Positions 61,359 through 64,000 of a stretch of DNA of 64,000 bases are shown one piece after another. Numbering within the stretch: the stretch's first letter is position 1; the number at the start of each line of letters is the position of its first letter. A model generated the notes under the pieces. It had not been told where the DNA came from. It saw nothing but the letters and a program-made list of their open reading frames with translations, and did no database searches. The position numbers were made by a program, and so were the translations under genes. The stretch lies in the IMG/VR virus record IMGVR_UViG_3300050821_002228; one strand, written 5' to 3'. Origin of the DNA: a virus.

Positions 61359-61735
61359 TGTTCCTCCGGAACCGTGAGAAGGAGTTGCGCTAGCGGGACC
61401 ACGCGGCGGCGGGCACCGGACATCCACGCATCAATGGGCATGCCCTTGACGTAGTCGGCCGGGGATGGTAGCCACCCGAGGTCTTCGATGATGTGGCGTT
61501 CCGCAATTTCCCGGACCGGGATCCGGCGGATGCCGTTTTCTAGTTGGATGTCAAGGGTTGGGCCGAAGATCCTCTGGCACAGGAAAACGCCCAACGTGTG
61601 GTGGTACACCGACCGGTGCCGGACGTCACCGATGACCTGTTTGGACGAGTCGATGAATTCCTCGATCGGCAGATAGTCCTCCGGTCGGCCGCCCCATTTG
61701 CGGGCGGCTGACCGGGCGTGGAACCAGCTATTCAC
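61355..61735 (-). CDS. DUF6915-like protein
   Basis: HARSAARKWGG.PEDY..I..FIDSSK...D.RHR...HHT.G...ERHIIED.G. Confidence 0.75.
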   Translation of the reverse strand: MNSWFHARSAARKWGGRPEDYLPIEEFIDSSKQVIGDVRHRSVYHHTLGVFLCQRIFGPTLDIQLENGIRRIPVREIAERHIIEDLGWLPSPADYVKGMPIDAWMSGARRRVVPLAQLLLTVPEEQ

Positions 61736-61979
61736 CGTCGCCGCCCTTCACGATGTTGTGCACGGTGTTGCACGGGTGTACCGGGCACATGAGCAGCGAG
61801 GTTCCGTGGCCGTGGTAGGTCATGTGCATGTCGTTGATGGCGTCGATCAGCGCGGCCATGTTGTGTTGGTGGTCGGCGCGCATGTTCTCCATCACCAGGT
61901 ACACGGTTCTGCTGGCCCCGGATGCGGCGATGTCGATGGCCTCGGTGACGATTTCCCGGTATTCGGTGTACGTCTTCAT
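61732..61979 (-). CDS. Hypothetical protein
   Basis: Overlap-coupled; CPVHPC motif. Confidence 0.4.
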
Positions 61980-62386
61980 CCGTCGTCCCTGCCGCAGGTG
62001 TCCAGGTATGCACCGGCCACCCGCAACGCCATGATCCACGCGAGGCCGTTGCCGCCGTTGTCCGGGGACGGTAGCGGCCCCTGCCGGATCGCGTCTAGAA
62101 GGTTCGCCACCGTCAGCGCCACACCCGGATGCCATGTGGTGATGTGCCGGGCGTCGCCGGGTTCCGGCCAATACTCCTCGTACTGCGGGCACTGGTGCCG
62201 TTTCGGGGCCTTCAGGATCTGCATCGTCGGCCAGTGCGGATCCGGTGCCGAATGCAGCCGCCAACACTGGTCGCTGTCGTCGCTGATCCACGGGCCCGGT
62301 GATGCGGCCTGCGCGTGCTGGCGCATCAGGGCAGCCGCCCGGCGGAGGGTTTCCGCCGGGTCGGCAGGCAACGGCCGGTCGGTCAC
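61976..62386 (-). CDS. Ead/Ea22-like small phage protein
   Basis: ASPGPW...DARHITTWHP pattern. Confidence 0.5.
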   Translation of the reverse strand: MTDRPLPADPAETLRRAAALMRQHAQAASPGPWISDDSDQCWRLHSAPDPHWPTMQILKAPKRHQCPQYEEYWPEPGDARHITTWHPGVALTVANLLDAIRQGPLPSPDNGGNGLAWIMALRVAGAYLDTCGRDDG

Positions 62387-63738
62387 TGGTAGTCCGTGGA
62401 ACGCGGCGGCTTGTTGAAGATCAGCAGGTGGGACCCGACGACCAACTGACGGTTCGGGGCCTTCGACTGCACGTACACCAGGTGCTTGTCAGACGCCGTC
62501 GGCTTCACCCGGACCTCGCGGTCATCGGCGAGCCCCAGCATCTTCCGGACAGCCGGGCCGAAGTACACGCGGCGGGTGTCCTTGTCCATGATGACAATGT
62601 GCTTGTCAGCCTGGATCCGTTCGGTCTTGCCCTCGACGAGCTGATAAAACGCCTGCCCGGCCTGGTAGTGGCTGTTGTTGACGTTCTGTACGAAGTCGTC
62701 GATGCGTCCGCCGTGGGCCTTCCACGGGGTGCGCGGGTGCTTCGTGTCCCAGTCGTCCGGCTTCACCAGACCGCGCAGCGGCGGGATCGGAACCAACGTG
62801 TAGTCGTCGTACGGCACCGGCTTCAGCTTCGCGGCGGCGATCGACTGGGCGTTGACAACCGAGGAGTCGATGACGAACAGGTTCTTGGATCCGCGCACGC
62901 CGGACGCCCGCCCGGACATGATCACGTCGGTGGCGACCTTGATCTTCTCGACCGCCTCCTCCAGCCCGCGCTTGCTGCTGGCGTCCCACACGGCGATGTT
63001 GTCGGCGGGGAACCCGAACTGCTTCGCCTCGAACTTGCCCTGCATGTTCGGGACCAGCGCGGCCACGGTCCAGTGGTCGGCGAGCTGGCTGATCTGCTCC
63101 TTCAGTTCCGGGGCTTTCCAGTTGTTGACGTTGTTGCCGCCGTCGGTCAGGACGAACACCACGAACGCGTGGTCCCCGTACTTCTCCGGGGTCATGGCGA
63201 GGTCGTTCAGCGCCAGGGCCGTCGCGTCGATCAGGGCGGTGGTGCCGCCGATCTTGTACAGGTTCAGCAGCGACGGCAGACGCAACACGTCCTTGTCGTA
63301 GATGACGCACTCAACCTCGTCGTCGAAGATGTAGACGGTGACGCGGGTTTCCTGGTCGAGTTCCCGGGACCGCTGCGCCAGGTGCGCAATCTGGGCGTCG
63401 GCGACCTTGATGACCTGGTCGGCGAGGTGGCCCATGGATCCGGACGCGTCGAGGACGAGCGCGACGTGTGTGATGTAGTTCTGCTTGTGCTTCGACACCT
63501 TCGCCGGGGGCGTGGGGTGCAGGGTGCTGCGGTACGGCACAGGGGGTTCCTTCCGGGGTTGTGACGGCGTCGTGGGGGTCGGGGTGGGGACTGATGCCCA
63601 CGTGTGCCGCTGGGGCCGTGGTGGGGCTGTGGGGATGGTCACGGCGATGCCCATGGCTCCGGCGTGGGCCCGCAACAATGCGATGTCGTTGGGGGTCCAG
63701 CCGAGGGCTTCCCATGCTGACCAGTCGGGTTGGGTCAT
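62383..63738 (-). CDS. vWA-domain protein with a C-terminal extension (alternative GTG start at 63540)
   Basis: LDASGSM, GGTTALIDA and LTDGGNN motifs. Confidence 0.85.
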   Translation of the reverse strand: MTQPDWSAWEALGWTPNDIALLRAHAGAMGIAVTIPTAPPRPQRHTWASVPTPTPTTPSQPRKEPPVPYRSTLHPTPPAKVSKHKQNYITHVALVLDASGSMGHLADQVIKVADAQIAHLAQRSRELDQETRVTVYIFDDEVECVIYDKDVLRLPSLLNLYKIGGTTALIDATALALNDLAMTPEKYGDHAFVVFVLTDGGNNVNNWKAPELKEQISQLADHWTVAALVPNMQGKFEAKQFGFPADNIAVWDASSKRGLEEAVEKIKVATDVIMSGRASGVRGSKNLFVIDSSVVNAQSIAAAKLKPVPYDDYTLVPIPPLRGLVKPDDWDTKHPRTPWKAHGGRIDDFVQNVNNSHYQAGQAFYQLVEGKTERIQADKHIVIMDKDTRRVYFGPAVRKMLGLADDREVRVKPTASDKHLVYVQSKAPNRQLVVGSHLLIFNKPPRSTDYQ

Positions 63739-63775
63739 GGTTGTCCGTCCTCCGGACGACGGGGTGTTGTGTCTT

Positions 63776-63786
63776 TACGATACCGC
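63776..63786 (-). promoter_or_regulatory. Extended -10 motif GCGGTATCGTA
   Basis: Third copy of the motif, upstream of the CCGGAGG RBS of 63738. Confidence 0.55.
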
Positions 63787-63819
63787 ACCCCGCCGACAGG
63801 AAACACTATTCAAAAATGA

Positions 63820-64000
63820 TCACACTGGTTTTCTTTGCGGCGGTGATGTAAACCGCAACTGCCAGCCACGCGACGTCGGCGACCAGGACAAGTACTTGTC
63901 CCCAGCCTGAACAACAACATCCGTGTCATCCGGCCGCAAACCATCAAGGACACCCTTCAGGCGCACTTCCTTCGCCTTCAAATCCTTGATCTGTTTCCGT
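63820..64000 (-). CDS. C-terminus of a gene running in from beyond the window
   Basis: Open frame RKQIKDLKAKEVRL...QRKPV* to TGA at 63822-63820. Confidence 0.5.
   Translation of the reverse strand, partial: RKQIKDLKAKEVRLKGVLDGLRPDDTDVVVQAGDKYLSWSPTSRGWQLRFTSPPQRKPV

Noticed and set aside
1-64000. Integrase, att site, replication genes or host flanking DNA
   Set aside because: None recognised, so lifestyle (temperate or lytic) and prophage status cannot be called from this window.

Overview
High-GC dsDNA tailed phage DNA, read as a siphovirus of an actinomycete host. Support: GGAGG RBSs, hrdB-like promoters, a GH25 endolysin, a tail tube plus frameshifted chaperone plus 1143-aa tape measure, and no sheath gene. 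The + strand carries a complete virion module (terS/terL, portal, MuF, protease/scaffold, major capsid, neck, tail, tail tip, lysis; about 4.3-50.5 kb). This module is split by minus-strand cassettes at 6.4-8.1, 17.3-18.0 and 23.6-34.5 kb, and a minus-strand arm runs from 50.5 kb to the window end. No integrase or replication genes are visible. There are seven tRNAs: Met-CAT, Ala-TGC, Pro-TGG and all four Ser isoacceptors, three of them on a shared non-canonical scaffold. Most notable observations: (1) a candidate counter-defence block inside the head module (Tad2/DUF2829-like protein, Ser tRNA array, SAK-type HAD, 2H phosphoesterase fused to the MuF head protein); (2) an RNA-end repair kit (Pnk, Rnl1-like ligase, RlaP-like nucleotidyltransferase, Thg1) plus a macrodomain; (3) a D/E-free protamine-like 23-aa repeat protein in the neck operon; (4) sensor-less multi-LuxR and MarR regulators; (5) a small protein resembling the N-terminus of IetA-type ATPases. 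All family calls come from motifs read by eye and recalled family knowledge; no database searches were run.
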